A stretch of DNA of 64,000 bases from Lepidodermella squamata (taxonomy: Eukaryota > Animalia > Gastrotricha): the NCBI GenBank assembly GCA_047495785.1, contig JBLDXI010000003.1, positions 1,550,001-1,614,000 of the forward strand, in the 5' to 3' direction. A program made the translations under genes and the position numbers. How positions within the stretch are numbered: position 1 is the first letter of the stretch; each line of letters starts with the position of its first letter. The notes under the pieces were generated by a model that was not told where the DNA came from, did not search any database, and saw only the letters and a program-made list of their open reading frames with translations. Below, one piece after another: positions 35,232 to 47,098 of the stretch.

Positions 35232-37531
35232 TCAGCGTAATTTGAAGGCCTGGGCATAAATTACACAGAAAATGCTTGTCGAATGAAAAAGCAGTGCAAT
35301 AGACATCACCAAATTCTGTGACGATGGATAGTTAGCCACGCCTACGAGAACCAAAGTTGTGCCCAGGAAAGAAGTCACTGCAATAAAAGACGCTCGTCTA
35401 AATGGGTCCAAGTCCAATGTTTCTTTAGCCGAAATTAAAGACTTCGATGCGTTCCTCATAGAGTGGGAGAGACAGGCGCAGCTTAAGAGAATAATGCCAT
35501 GTAATCCCAATAAAATTCCAACCCACGCAGCATTGAACTTCGATGCGTAGGATGCTTCCTCAATCGTGAAGAAGGTATCAGTGATTTCATCATAATATTC
35601 AGAGACAACATGACGAAACAGCAAGATCGGATCGCTGATAAACCAAACAATCATGAAGATTGCGCTGAGAAGAGCCCAGAAAATAGTCGATAAGCAACTG
35701 ACATTGTCATGCTGCTTTCCTATGGAAATTGAGTGATGCAGTCTAATTGTACTAATCGCGGTGCTAAGCGTTCCAATCGCCGAATCATATTGGGTTTTTC
35801 CATTCACAATAATACGGACACGCTTACCCGGTTTTTCAATAATGGCTCGTCGCATTAAAAATAATTCGGCGAACAGGACTCCATGAACTAATGCAAGCCC
35901 GATTACAAGAAGACACATTCTAGCGCTGTGTATGTGAAAGTTTGCGGGGTTATCTTCTTTCTCGTCGATTATTCCAACAGCAAAACATGCCGATGAGAGC
36001 TCCAGGAGTACGCATCCGAATGCGATTATGAGTTTGGATTTTGGGTAACAAGATCGCCCCTTCAAAACAATAGTGCTCTTTAGAAGAAGAATCAAGCTGG
36101 CAAGTACTATCAAAGCCACACTTGTTCCTGAGTCAACATCTTTCGATAAGCGGACAAATTTCGCCATGTCACTGATATTCCTTACCAAGATTGGTGACTT
36201 AACAGGAAGTATCGTGTAGGAGCTCAGATTTGACACATCGTCTCCAGCTATTATTTTGCTGTGAGCCACTTGAAAATTATCGGCGGACCAAGTCATGACA
36301 TAATTCGGGTAGCTATCCATCTCAAGCCTGGACGAGAACTTCTCTAGACCGTTACGCAATCCGTAGAGAGAAGTAAGTCGAGCACTTTCGTTTGCTATTA
36401 AACCGACCTTCCTGGGATTAGTTGCGAAGTCTGATAAGGTCATGTTTTGCTTGGATAACATCATCTCAGTATTATTTAAAACCAGAACGGCTTGAAGAGC
36501 AACGTCATGGCAAGCAAGAAATCTTCCATTGTCAGATATGTTACGAAACGAATCGCCAGTATAATTCTCATAGAGCTGCTGGAGCCCGTCAAAATTGTAG
36601 CCAAGACTCGAAACAGCCGTACTTGGAAAGATGCCTTGCGACATTCCCATGTAAATGCCATACTTCGTCTGCTCTAGTATTATCGCTCGGGTGCAATTAG
36701 TCTTTTCATTGATTACTGATGGGAATGTGAGTGGGTCTCGAAAGGCCGGGGAATACGTTACAAACACGTATTTCGGCCCGGTTATCCCAAACCTGTAAGC
36801 AGCACAAAGGAATTCGGCATTGCTAAACCAACGGCCCAATGAGACTACAACTACTCGAACGTTGCTTCTCTTTAGGGAAATCATCATTTCATCGCTAATT
36901 TCAGTGTCGAAGGAATCGAACCACGGAATTTTGATGCCATTAAGTAAGCTACCCTCGTAGAAGGTTTTTGCGAGTTGGAAGTCAAGAGCGCGATTAGAAG
37001 TGATGAGACCAGCGTTTTGCCACTTTTGAACGTGCTTCACAAAGTAGAGCCAAGACATTGCTATGACCTTACCGGGGTTATTCAGTCGGTATAGATTCGG
37101 GAAGTCTTTTCGGTTTGCTTCGAAAACCGGGGAAGCGCATCCTGTTGTCAGAGATACCATATTCAGATGATGTAAGGTTGAGGCGTAAGGAACGCAGCCG
37201 ATCGACGTAGCTGGCCCAATTGTGATAGGAGCTTGTAGAAAGGTTTGCTTAGTTTCGAAGGATCGTGCATAATCGACGAGATGCTTCGGCGCCATATTCG
37301 AATTGGCAGTTTCGTCCCTGATATCGAGATGAATTCGGTGCTCCGGCAACATGTCTGATCTATTGTTAACTAGGTCGACGACAAACTGCAAACCAGCAGC
37401 GCAAGCCTTATCAGTACTCGGCTCCAAGCCCGTGTAAGAACCAGCGCCATAATGGAAATGGTTTCAGACTTATTGGCTTTGGAACCATTGAAACCAAGTA
37501 TGAAGAGCAAGGTGATAATTGCTCGAAACAT
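35232..37531 (-). pseudogene. GABA-B-like class C GPCR, copy 4 (single 1-nt frameshift near 37440; could be a sequencing error)
   Basis: Signal MFRAIITLLFILG is in a different frame from the otherwise intact 731-aa body; paralogs read LVSYTG at this point. Confidence 0.7.
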
Positions 37532-38665
37532 GTTCGTTGATGATGTGAATTTCAAACAGAATGTTTTTGTTCAGAGGGCAAGGTGTTTGGTACTGTGGCG
37601 TATGTTTCTGATTGCCTTTGATATGCATGCGCCGGCGGAAGTAAACTACAAACCTTAATGGTGTTCAGCCGCATGTTTTCCGTTCTTCGCGTTCTTCGTG
37701 CTAACCCTGTCATTGCATATTAATAAGCAGAATCTAAATTTTTTCAATCGGGTTCAGGTTCTAACGGATCAAATGACAAGTGGGGGCAAGATACATTTTT
37801 CAGACATTAAGACCAAATATTCTATTATCTTGTCTATTTGCAACTTGAGATGAAACTAGGGGAGGTGGCAGTCTTCCGTTTTGATGGCGCTTAGAGATAC
37901 TATTATGGTCTTTTCATTTTGAGCTTAGCACGTGACGTCGCAGTGACATCGGATGGAACAGAAGGACGAGCGGAATCACCGGAAACTATTACCACAACTT
38001 GTCGTGTTTTTTTCAGCCACCGAGTGGCGATGATAGATTATTGCGGGGTGGATGGCTGTCTGGCGTCCGTGCTTATACGTACAAATTTTACTTCATTCCT
38101 TCCCTTAAACCTTAAGCATTAGTTTATCGCTATCGTATGCTTGCTGGAAAATAACCACACGCTATAAGTATCGATGTTTTTATCAGGCTTAAATTGTCGA
38201 GCCTAACCTCGAAAGGAAACCTCGTGCAATACGAAACGTATCGAGATGCAGCTCGTCATTTGACCAGCCATCATATGATGCAAGAAAAGCCATGTGAGTG
38301 GCGCTAATTGACATGGTCCAGCTCAGCTTAGATGCTCTTAAGATGTTGCATTGCTCAGAAATAAACTCAAATTTAATTTGGTACCTTTTCTTTGAGCGCG
38401 TCGCATATGGAGGGAAGATTGAAGTCGAATTTCGATTTTTCGGTAATGCTATGAACCTCACGGCGAATGGATTTTTTAACTAAACGCCTTTTCCGAAAAT
38501 CATGATATGCCAAATTATATTTTAATTCATTATCATTTCATGTAAGTTAAAGACTTACATTTAGTACCCACAACTAAACGAAGAGCCAAATAATAATTAC
38601 GAATCAATTAAATCACTACTGATAGCAGTCTGAGAATAGGATCCTTCAGTAAAAACCCGCTTTAT

Positions 38666-40963
38666 CTATCGACGTTTGAAAAGCTGCACATGGGTCGCGC
38701 AGAATATGCCTGTCGAGTAGAAAATTACAGCAATCGACACTGCCAAATTTTGTGAGGTGGGGTAGTTGCCAACGCCGATTAGAATCATGATCGCGCCAAA
38801 GAATAAAGTCACCGCTGTAGCAGCAGCTCTCCTCAACGGATCAAGGTCAGATATTTCGTTTGATGCAGGAATGAACTTGGTTACAGACCTCAGCGAGTAA
38901 GCCATTAGAGCACAAAATACAAGGATTATCGCGTGACTTCCAGCTAGGATGCTCAACCAAATCGAGCCGAATTTCCACGTAAAAGCCGCCTCTTCAACCG
39001 AGTAATAAGTATCACCGTGTTCATCGTAAAGCTCTGAAACAACTTGCGGGTACAATTGCATAGGATCGTTAAGGAACCATACAATCAGAATTGCCGCGTT
39101 TACAAAGGACGAAACAAATGTTGCGTTGCAGCTCAATCTCTCATGCCGTCTAGCTTCGGTAGGCGAGTAAACTACCCTGTTCTTGCGAATGGACCCAGCA
39201 CCAAAATATCTTGAATCGTATGCAACGTTATTTTTCACCCTATAGCCCACTTTTCCGAGTAACGCTCTACGAAACAAGAAAAGCCTGCAGAATAGCATTC
39301 CATGAACCAACGTAAGCCCGATGGCAAGCAGACAAATCTTGGCTTTGCAAATTTCGAAATTTGCTCGGCTTGATCTGTTATCCTCGTCGATCAAACCAAC
39401 AGCGGAGCATGCAGAAGAGAATAGAAGAACGACGCAGCCGATAGCTACTACAGCTCTGCTCCTTGAGTACTTTGATCGCAAAATAATCCTCAATAAAATT
39501 ATGCACCAACTTATCGCTATCAGACTGAGAGTTACAAGTATAGCAACAGTTGCGCCTGAATCGACATCTTTCGACATGCGAGAAAACTTCGCCATATCAC
39601 TGAAATTCCGATTTACTAACAAATAAGTCGAATTCACACCTTGAATTGAGTAAAAGCTCAGGTTCGCAATGTCTTCACCTGCTATAATTTTGAAGCGATT
39701 AACCAAGTTATTAGCGGACCATGTCATTATGTAGTTAGGGTATGAATCCATCTCTAATCTGGAGGAAAATTTCTCCAGACCATTCCGTAAACCGAAAAAT
39801 GAAGTAAAAGCAACGCTTTGATTGGCCAATAATGCCACCCTCTTCGGGTTCGTGGCGAAATCTGATAGCGTCATATTTTGATTTGACAGCACCGATTCTG
39901 TGTTATTCAGAGCAATAACAGCTTTCAGAACGATGTCATGGCAACCATGTCGCTTTGGGTAATCAGTTAAGTTACGAATCTTGGACCCAGTATATGTATC
40001 AAACATTCGCTCGAACTCCTCAAAGTTGTAGCCCAGCGTTGTTTTAGTGGAAGTTGGTACAGTATCTTGAGGCAATCCGATATAGATTCCGTACTTCATC
40101 TGTTCGATTATAACATCTCTGGTGCAGTAAGTCTTAGCATTGAGAGTAACCGGTAATGTCATTGGATCTCTGTAAGCTTGGGAATACGTTACGATGACGT
40201 ATTTAGGTGAAGTGATTCCGAACCGGGTAGCAGCACAAAGAAATTCGACATAAGAGAACCAGCGGCCGACGGCAACGACAACAACTCGAACGTTGCTCCT
40301 CTTTAGGGAAATCATCATTTCATCACTTATTTCGGTGTCGAAAGAATCAAACCACCGAACTTTGATGCCATTAAGTAAGCTACCCTCGTAGAAGGTTTTC
40401 GCAAGTTGGAAGTCTAGGGCGCGGGTAGAAGTGATGAGACCAGCGTTTTGCCACTTTTGGACATATTTCAAAAAGAAAAGCCACGACATTGCTAAGACAT
40501 TGCCTGGGTAAGTCATGCGGTATATGTTCGGAAAGTCTTTTCGATTCGTTTCAAAGACTGGGGATCCGCATCCCGTTGTCAGTGATACCATGTTAAGGTG
40601 AACCAATGTCGAGGCGTAAGGTATGCATGAAACCGATGAAGTTGGACCTATTGTAACAGGAGATTGGAGAAGGGATGAATTAGTGCTTTCAAACGACCGA
40701 ACGTAGTTGAAGAGATGGCGAGTCGCGTAATTTGAGTTGGTACCTTCATCCTTCAAATCCAGCTGTATGCGATAGCCAGGCAAGATGTCAGGCCTTTCGT
40801 TTGCCAAATCGATGACAAATTTCATCGCAGCAGCGCAACTTCGACCATCATCTGGTTCGAACCCGGTAAATGGCACCGAAGCCAAAAGTGAGATCGTTTT
40901 AGACTTAGATTCCAAGCAGCTGCTGACAGTGATTGCCAATGCAAGTACGATAAACCTTATCAT
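38666..40963 (-). CDS. GABA-B-like class C GPCR, copy 5 (intact, intronless, about 765 aa)
   Basis: Signal MIRFIVLALAITV, Venus-flytrap domain and 7TM, ending FKRR. Confidence 0.88.
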   Translation of the reverse strand: MIRFIVLALAITVSSCLESKSKTISLLASVPFTGFEPDDGRSCAAAMKFVIDLANERPDILPGYRIQLDLKDEGTNSNYATRHLFNYVRSFESTNSSLLQSPVTIGPTSSVSCIPYASTLVHLNMVSLTTGCGSPVFETNRKDFPNIYRMTYPGNVLAMSWLFFLKYVQKWQNAGLITSTRALDFQLAKTFYEGSLLNGIKVRWFDSFDTEISDEMMISLKRSNVRVVVVAVGRWFSYVEFLCAATRFGITSPKYVIVTYSQAYRDPMTLPVTLNAKTYCTRDVIIEQMKYGIYIGLPQDTVPTSTKTTLGYNFEEFERMFDTYTGSKIRNLTDYPKRHGCHDIVLKAVIALNNTESVLSNQNMTLSDFATNPKRVALLANQSVAFTSFFGLRNGLEKFSSRLEMDSYPNYIMTWSANNLVNRFKIIAGEDIANLSFYSIQGVNSTYLLVNRNFSDMAKFSRMSKDVDSGATVAILVTLSLIAISWCIILLRIILRSKYSRSRAVVAIGCVVLLFSSACSAVGLIDEDNRSSRANFEICKAKICLLAIGLTLVHGMLFCRLFLFRRALLGKVGYRVKNNVAYDSRYFGAGSIRKNRVVYSPTEARRHERLSCNATFVSSFVNAAILIVWFLNDPMQLYPQVVSELYDEHGDTYYSVEEAAFTWKFGSIWLSILAGSHAIILVFCALMAYSLRSVTKFIPASNEISDLDPLRRAAATAVTLFFGAIMILIGVGNYPTSQNLAVSIAVIFYSTGIFCATHVQLFKRR

Positions 40964-42026
40964 TAGGTGTAGGTGTTTTTCTTTGTCTCTTTTGATTGAT
41001 TGAATTATCATGATGCAAAATGCGCGCTTAGAACTGATTCATTACTTAAAAAATCGGAATTTCGCCGTGTACTACGGGGGTCAAGGTCTTCATCTAAAAC
41101 ATGTCCTTGTTCTGCAATTTCTGAAAACAACTGCGCAGCTAATGCACTTCCCGCTTTATCGCTCAAGTCCTGTGGACATCGATTGTCTAGAGGTAGGGGA
41201 TACGCCTACAGCCGCGACATTCTCGATGATCACAGTTTCTTGAGCTACAAACGTGTTGGGCGATGACGCTTGTAGAGTTCAAGTGATATCAAGTGAGTGT
41301 GGATCAATACTCTTCCCTTTATGGTTGAACTCGGCTGCATTGACGAAGATAATGCGAGATTAAACCAAAGATTCACACTACTGCAATCTTACTGAGCAGT
41401 ACGATTGTTGGGATATCGCCTCCTTTTGGCTGATGGATTATTAAAGTAGTTACCAGCAATTACTGCAATCGAAAAGAAATAATGGTGCCACTAATTTAGC
41501 TTATTTTCAATATTTACAGATATCTACGATCTACGATTTGCAGGCTTAGGTGTTCCCTGATTTCCATTTCAATAAATTATCGATAATATCGGGCGGCTCA
41601 GTAAACAGAAGATCCTGTTGCCATGATCATTCTTGCAAGGTTGATTCGAGCAGTAGTTGGATGAAGCTTAGCTTCTCCAGGCTTTGCGATGTTGTCTGTG
41701 TTGTTCTGAGCCTGATTGCTTTCCTCGGCTTTCATGCCTTTATGGGCGGCTTTATTCATTTCTAAAAATTTGACAGCTAGATATAACCTAGAATGTTGTG
41801 ACGTGCGACATGATGTAGTCGACAGCTTTCAACGCTCCTATAATTCCTGAAACATGGAGACCTGAAGAACATGCTCTGAATAAAACCAGTTCACTTGTTA
41901 CTTCACATTATTCTTTTACGCAGGTTTCCAGGCCAGGAAAAACCCAAGTAATAACTTGAATGCTTGAATGATTTGGAATGCTAATTTCTTTTCTTTTTAG
42001 TCATTCGGATTTTGCTAGAATCAATC

Positions 42027-42098
42027 GGCTCAGTAGCTTAGTGGTAGAGCGTCTGTCTCGTAAACAGAAGATCGCGGGTTCAATTCCCGCCTGGGCCT
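42027..42098 (+). tRNA. tRNA-Thr(CGT), cluster 2
   Basis: Cloverleaf GGCTCAG..TCTGT CT CGT AA ACAGA..CTGGGCCT. Confidence 0.93.
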
Positions 42099-42184
42099 AT
42101 CGATGAATTATTTTTGAGCGATAACACACAGTTCGCTAAAATTAAAAAAGATACTGAAATTTTTTCTGAGATAAAAGCATAGCT

Positions 42185-42255
42185 TGCATCGGCCGGGAAT
42201 CGAACCCGGGCCTCCCGCGTGGCAGGCGAGAATTCTACCACTGAACCACCGATGC
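42185..42255 (-). tRNA. tRNA-Gly(GCC), cluster 2
   Basis: Identical to 22884-22954. Confidence 0.95.
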
Positions 42256-42415
42256 CCTGCTTGTACATAATCTTGGCAAAGCGAGCGTGTTTAGTGACCA
42301 CATGCGTGAGATTAAAAAGCCAACGGCGCTGAGTAGGTAAACATTTACCTTTTCACTTATAAAAGATGCGTATGTGCGGTGTTATAATGGTTATGCCATA
42401 TTAATAACACGTGTC

Positions 42416-42487
42416 GGTTCCATGGTGTAGCGGTTAGCACTCTGGACTCTGAATCCAGCGACTCGAGTTCGATTCTCGATGGGACCT
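42416..42487 (+). tRNA. tRNA-Gln(CTG), cluster 2
   Basis: Identical to 23161-23232, followed by a T run. Confidence 0.95.
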
Positions 42488-42819
42488 GAACTTTTTATTG
42501 TTATTTTACCGATTTATTTTGCTGATATTAATTTCGGGAGCTATTTCTTTTGAATTGCGAATACATAGTTTTGTTTTGAATCAGCTTCTGAACAATAATC
42601 TGAACACGGAACAATAATGACCTTCGAAAATGTAGAATTTCGCCAATACTTTCTGTCGCTAGAAGATACTACTCCGAATTTGGCAGTGAATACGCCACAA
42701 ATTGAGCGAGTGAACTAAAACTATGACCGACAACACTTTACGCCTGTTATTCCACGCAACGGCTAATTGGACATGCTCGGAATGAAAAGTTGTGCAACAC
42801 TTTGAGAGCTGCCAAAGCT

Positions 42820-45102
42820 TCAACGTAATTTGAAGGCTTGAGCATAAACCACACAGAAAATGCTCGTCGAGTGGAATAGCAGTGCGATAGATGTTACCAA
42901 ATTCTGTGATGATGGATAGTTTGCCATGCCCAAGAGAATCAAGGTTGTGCCAAAGACAGAAGTCACTGCGATAAATGACGCTCGTCTAAATGGGTCCAAG
43001 TCCAATGTTTCTTTAGCCGAAATTAACGACTTCGATGCATTCCTCAGAGAGTAGGATAGACAGGCGCAGCTGATGACAATAATGCCATGACATCCCAATG
43101 AGATTCCAATCCACGCAGAATTGAACTTCGATGCGTAGGACACTTCCTCAACTGTGAAAAAAGTATCAGTGATTTCATCGTAATATTGAGAGACAACATG
43201 ACGAAACAGCAACACTGGATCACTGACAAACCAAAAAACCATGAAGATTGCGCTGAGAAGAGCCCAGAAAATAGTCGTTAAACAGCTGATATTTTCATGG
43301 CGCACTCCTGGAGAAAATGAGCGAGTGCTGTTCGCCTTGCTAACAGTTCTAATGGCCGAATCATACTGGCTATTTCCATTCACAATAATCCTGACACGCT
43401 TACCCAGTTGTTCAAAAATAGCTCTTCGCATCAAAAATAATTCTGCGACCAAGATGCCATGAACTAACGCTAGTCCGATTACAAGAAGACAAAGTCTAGC
43501 TCTATGTATGTGAAAATTTGCGAGGCTGTCTTCTCTCTCGTCGATTATTCCAATAGCGAAACATGCAGAAGAGAACTCTAATAATACGCATCCAAATGCG
43601 ATGATGAGTTTGGATTTAGAGCAAATAGATCGCCCCTTGATAACAAGGGTGCTCTTTAGAAGAAGAATCAAGCTGGCAAGTACTATCAAAGCCACACTGG
43701 CGCCAAAGTCAACATCTTTCGATATTCGGACAAATTTCGCCATGTCACTGATATTCCTCAAATAAATGGGCGACCTGACTGGGAATATTGAGTATGAGCT
43801 CAGATTCGAAATATCGTCCCCAGCTATTATTTTGTTACGAGTCACCTGAAGCTCATCGGCGGACCAAGTCACGAAATAATTCGGGTAGTTATCCATCTCA
43901 AGCCTGGAAGAAAACCTCTCCAGACCGTTACGCAATCCGTAGAAAGTAGTAAGCCGTGCACTTTCGTTAGCTATCAAACCAACCTTTCTGGGGTTTTTTG
44001 CGAAATCCGATAGAGTCATGTTTTGCTCCGACAATCTCGATTCAGTGTTGTTTAGAACAAGAACAGCTTGAAGAGCAACGTCATGGCAACCAAGAAACCT
44101 TCCACTGTCGCCTAAGTTACTAAACGAATCGCCAGCATATTTCTCATAGAGCTGCACAGCACCCTCAAAGTTGTAGCCAAGACTTGAGAGAGACGAGCTT
44201 GGAAAGATGTCTTGAGTTGTTCCAATGTAAACTCCATACTTCGTCTGTTCGATAATCATGGCTCGGGTGCAATTGGTCTTGGCGTTGATTACTGATGGAA
44301 ATGAGAGCGGGTCTCGAAATGCGGCGGAAAAGGTTACAAAGACGTATTTCGGCCCAGTGATTCCGAACCTGTAAGCTGCACAAAGGAATTCGACATTGTT
44401 GAACCAACGACCCAATGAGACCACAACAACTCGAACGTTGCTTCTCTTGAGTGAGATCATCATATCATCACTAACTTCAGTGTCGAAGGAATCGAACCAC
44501 GGAATTTTAATCCCGTTCGACAAGCTCCCTTCGTAAAAGGTTTTTGCGAGTTGGAAGTCAAGTGCGCGAGTTGAAGTGATGAGACCAGCGTTTTTCCATT
44601 TTTGAACGTGCTTAACATAGTAGAGCCACGTCAAAGCTATGACTTTGCCAGGGTTATTCAGCCGGTATAGATTCGGGAAGTCTTTTCGATTCGCTTCGAA
44701 AACCGGGGAAACGCATCCCGCTGTTAGCGAGACCATATTCAGGTGATGTACGGTTTTGGCGTAAGGAAGGCAGCCGGTTGATGTAGCTGGCCCAATTGTG
44801 ATTGGAGCTTGCAGAAGGGTTTGCTTAGTTTCGAAAGATCGTGCATAATCAACGAGATGCTTCGGTGCCATATTCGAGTTGGCAGTTTCGTCCCTGATGT
44901 CGAGATGAATTCGGTGTTTTGGCAAGATGTCTGATCTATTGTTAACCAAGTTAACAACAAACTGCAAACCAGCAGCGCAAGCTTTGTCAGTGCTTGGCTC
45001 TAACCCCGTATAAGAAACAAGTGCCATAATGGAAATGGTTTCGGATTTATTGGCTTTGGAAACATTGAATCCAAGTATTAAGAGCACAATTGTTCGAAAC
45101 AT
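42820..45102 (-). CDS. GABA-B-like class C GPCR, copy 6 (intact, intronless, about 760 aa)
   Basis: Signal MFRTIVLLILG, Venus-flytrap domain and 7TM; closest to copy 4. Confidence 0.88.
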   Translation of the reverse strand: MFRTIVLLILGFNVSKANKSETISIMALVSYTGLEPSTDKACAAGLQFVVNLVNNRSDILPKHRIHLDIRDETANSNMAPKHLVDYARSFETKQTLLQAPITIGPATSTGCLPYAKTVHHLNMVSLTAGCVSPVFEANRKDFPNLYRLNNPGKVIALTWLYYVKHVQKWKNAGLITSTRALDFQLAKTFYEGSLSNGIKIPWFDSFDTEVSDDMMISLKRSNVRVVVVSLGRWFNNVEFLCAAYRFGITGPKYVFVTFSAAFRDPLSFPSVINAKTNCTRAMIIEQTKYGVYIGTTQDIFPSSSLSSLGYNFEGAVQLYEKYAGDSFSNLGDSGRFLGCHDVALQAVLVLNNTESRLSEQNMTLSDFAKNPRKVGLIANESARLTTFYGLRNGLERFSSRLEMDNYPNYFVTWSADELQVTRNKIIAGDDISNLSSYSIFPVRSPIYLRNISDMAKFVRISKDVDFGASVALIVLASLILLLKSTLVIKGRSICSKSKLIIAFGCVLLEFSSACFAIGIIDEREDSLANFHIHRARLCLLVIGLALVHGILVAELFLMRRAIFEQLGKRVRIIVNGNSQYDSAIRTVSKANSTRSFSPGVRHENISCLTTIFWALLSAIFMVFWFVSDPVLLFRHVVSQYYDEITDTFFTVEEVSYASKFNSAWIGISLGCHGIIVISCACLSYSLRNASKSLISAKETLDLDPFRRASFIAVTSVFGTTLILLGMANYPSSQNLVTSIALLFHSTSIFCVVYAQAFKLR

Positions 45103-45649
45103 GTTTGTTTCTGATGCGATTGTCATAGACAGAATGTTTTTGATCACAGATTAACGTGTTTGTAACTTGGCTTCTTGTTTCTTTGCATTATTTGAAAAGT
45201 ATGCTGGCGGAAGTCAAATACAAACTTTAAAAGGGTTCGCGTCATTCCGACAAATGTCAGATTTGAACAATGAACGGCGTTCTGATGTCTGTGTTTTTTC
45301 TTTATTTCAATAAACCCGACGCGTGAAATAGGAAACGCGCAACGAGATGCTGCTTGTCCAAGACAGGTCTCGAATCTCCATCATGCCCCATGCACACTCG
45401 GTTGGCCTATTCCTTAATATGTGTTATTGTTATTTGCGCTAGTTTCTGTAACGCGTAGCTGCAAGCTGCATAATAATATTGTCGACAAATTTCGAAATTC
45501 CTCTTGAAACTAACAAATAAATTCGCATAGCTATATTGAGCTCCGATCGATCTTTGCTACTACATCCATCTATTTGATATCTACATTTTGCAAGTCTCAT
45601 AATTTAAATGACCGTTGATAAGTTAAATAAAATACCGATTATATCCATC

Positions 45650-45707
45650 GGCTCAGTAGCTTAGTGGTAGAGCGTCTGTCTCGCGGGGTCAATTCCCGCC
45701 TGGGCCT
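45650..45707 (+). pseudogene. tRNA-Thr(CGT) pseudogene, cluster 3
   Basis: 14-nt deletion between two TCG microhomologies removes the 3' anticodon arm; T-loop also mutated. Confidence 0.85.
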
Positions 45708-45796
45708 AGCGATGATGATTCATTTTTTAGCGCAATGAGATGCATGTTCTCGCTATTTAAATAAAATAAAATTGCTATTGAAATAAAAACGTAGCT

Positions 45797-45867
45797 TGCA
45801 TCGGCCGGGAATCGAACCCGGGCCTCCCGCGTGGCAGGCGAGAATTCTACCACTGAACCACCGATGC
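45797..45867 (-). tRNA. tRNA-Gly(GCC), cluster 3
   Basis: Identical to the other Gly copies. Confidence 0.95.
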
Positions 45868-46065
45868 CTTGCTTGAAGACGAGGCCGGCTTTAAGGCATA
45901 ATAGGTCAGCGCTATCAATTGTCATTGATCATAACTCATCAACAATGCTGTTGGTGTGAAAACGGAGATGTGAAGATAACAAGGCTACGAAGTCACAGCC
46001 TATTGTTAGAGCTTGAATATAATAGCCACAAAGGTGTAAGGCCTCAACTGACAACCGTCATCACA

Positions 46066-46131
46066 GGTTCCATGGTGTAGCGGTTAGCACTCTGGACTCT
46101 GAATCCAGCGACTCTATTCTCGATGGGACCT
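46066..46131 (+). pseudogene. tRNA-Gln(CTG) pseudogene, cluster 3
   Basis: 6-nt deletion removes the GTTCG of the T-arm/B-box. Confidence 0.85.
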
Positions 46132-46416
46132 TGAACATTTATTTTTGTTGACTTCGGTTCCGGAAATTATTGATTTAAATGTGAGGACGGCTGAGAGTTA
46201 GAGACTAATCAGAAATTCGAAATAAAAATCTCGATGTTAGAAGATCATTTTTTGAATATCGGTTCCTCGATAGTTCACAATTGACGCATCAATTCTCCAT
46301 ATCATGCGCAATATGAAATTGATCTTTGGGTATGACTTTTTCAGGAATTTTTCAGGGCTGAAATTATTACTTCCTCTTCAAACTTTCAATCCTTCCATCT
46401 GTTAATCAGCATCTAA

Positions 46417-46822
46417 ATGCGCGCTACTCTCGCCATCGCTGCTATCGTCCTACTCGGACTCGGTAAATACTAAACGCCTTGACTCGTTCTTACTTTCTTG
46501 TTAACCTTTTAGCTTGCTCGGAGGCTATAAGGTCGAATCGAAGGAGATGCATCGCAACTACCACTAGAGCATCAGTGCCTAGGCTAGCCGGTCCTTCGAG
46601 AAGAACCGCAAGGCCTTTAGCAAGTGGCAAAGGAAGTTCGGCCTCAAGATGAACAAACGCCGCGGCTCCTACTGGAAATCGGTCTCGGTCTCGGTCTCGT
46701 TCTCTGGCAACAGGCGCAACGGTCTCAAGTTCGCCACGGCAAGGCCAACAAGAAGGCCGGCAGCAGGTGGGGCAACAAGTTCGGCTTCAACTTCAACCGA
46801 ATGGGCAGGGCCAACAAGAAAG
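46417..46822 (+). pseudogene. Basic Gly/Lys-rich protein, copy 4 (pseudogene)
   Basis: Exon 1 46417-46462 (MRATLAIAAIVLLGL); exon 2 from 46513 has several TAG stops and deletions. Confidence 0.85.
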
Positions 46823-47033
46823 ACCAAGATTTTTCGCAATTTTGTATTTGCGGAGGGAAACTTCACTGAAGAAGAGAGCAAAGATGAGGACGCAAAAGCG
46901 TTTTTGCGACGTCGGGGCTATGCGCAAGTTTTTAAGCGAAATTTCATTGATAAAAAGCGTGGGTGAATTTTTTCGAAATTTTTTTGTTGAAAAAATGAAA
47001 ATCAACATTTTATCTACTGCGCTACTGATCTAC

Positions 47034-47098
47034 TTTCAATTCTTTCAATTCTTTCAGTTCCGCCAGTTCCGACAGTTCTGGCAATTCTAACAATTCCA
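47034..47098. repeat. Degenerate 9-bp minisatellite
   Basis: TTTCAATTC / CGCCAGTTC / TGGCAATTC units in tandem. Confidence 0.6.

Noticed and set aside
38189-38461. 90-aa minus-strand ORF between receptors
   Set aside because: No ATG start, no recognisable motif, no paralog or consistent exon chain
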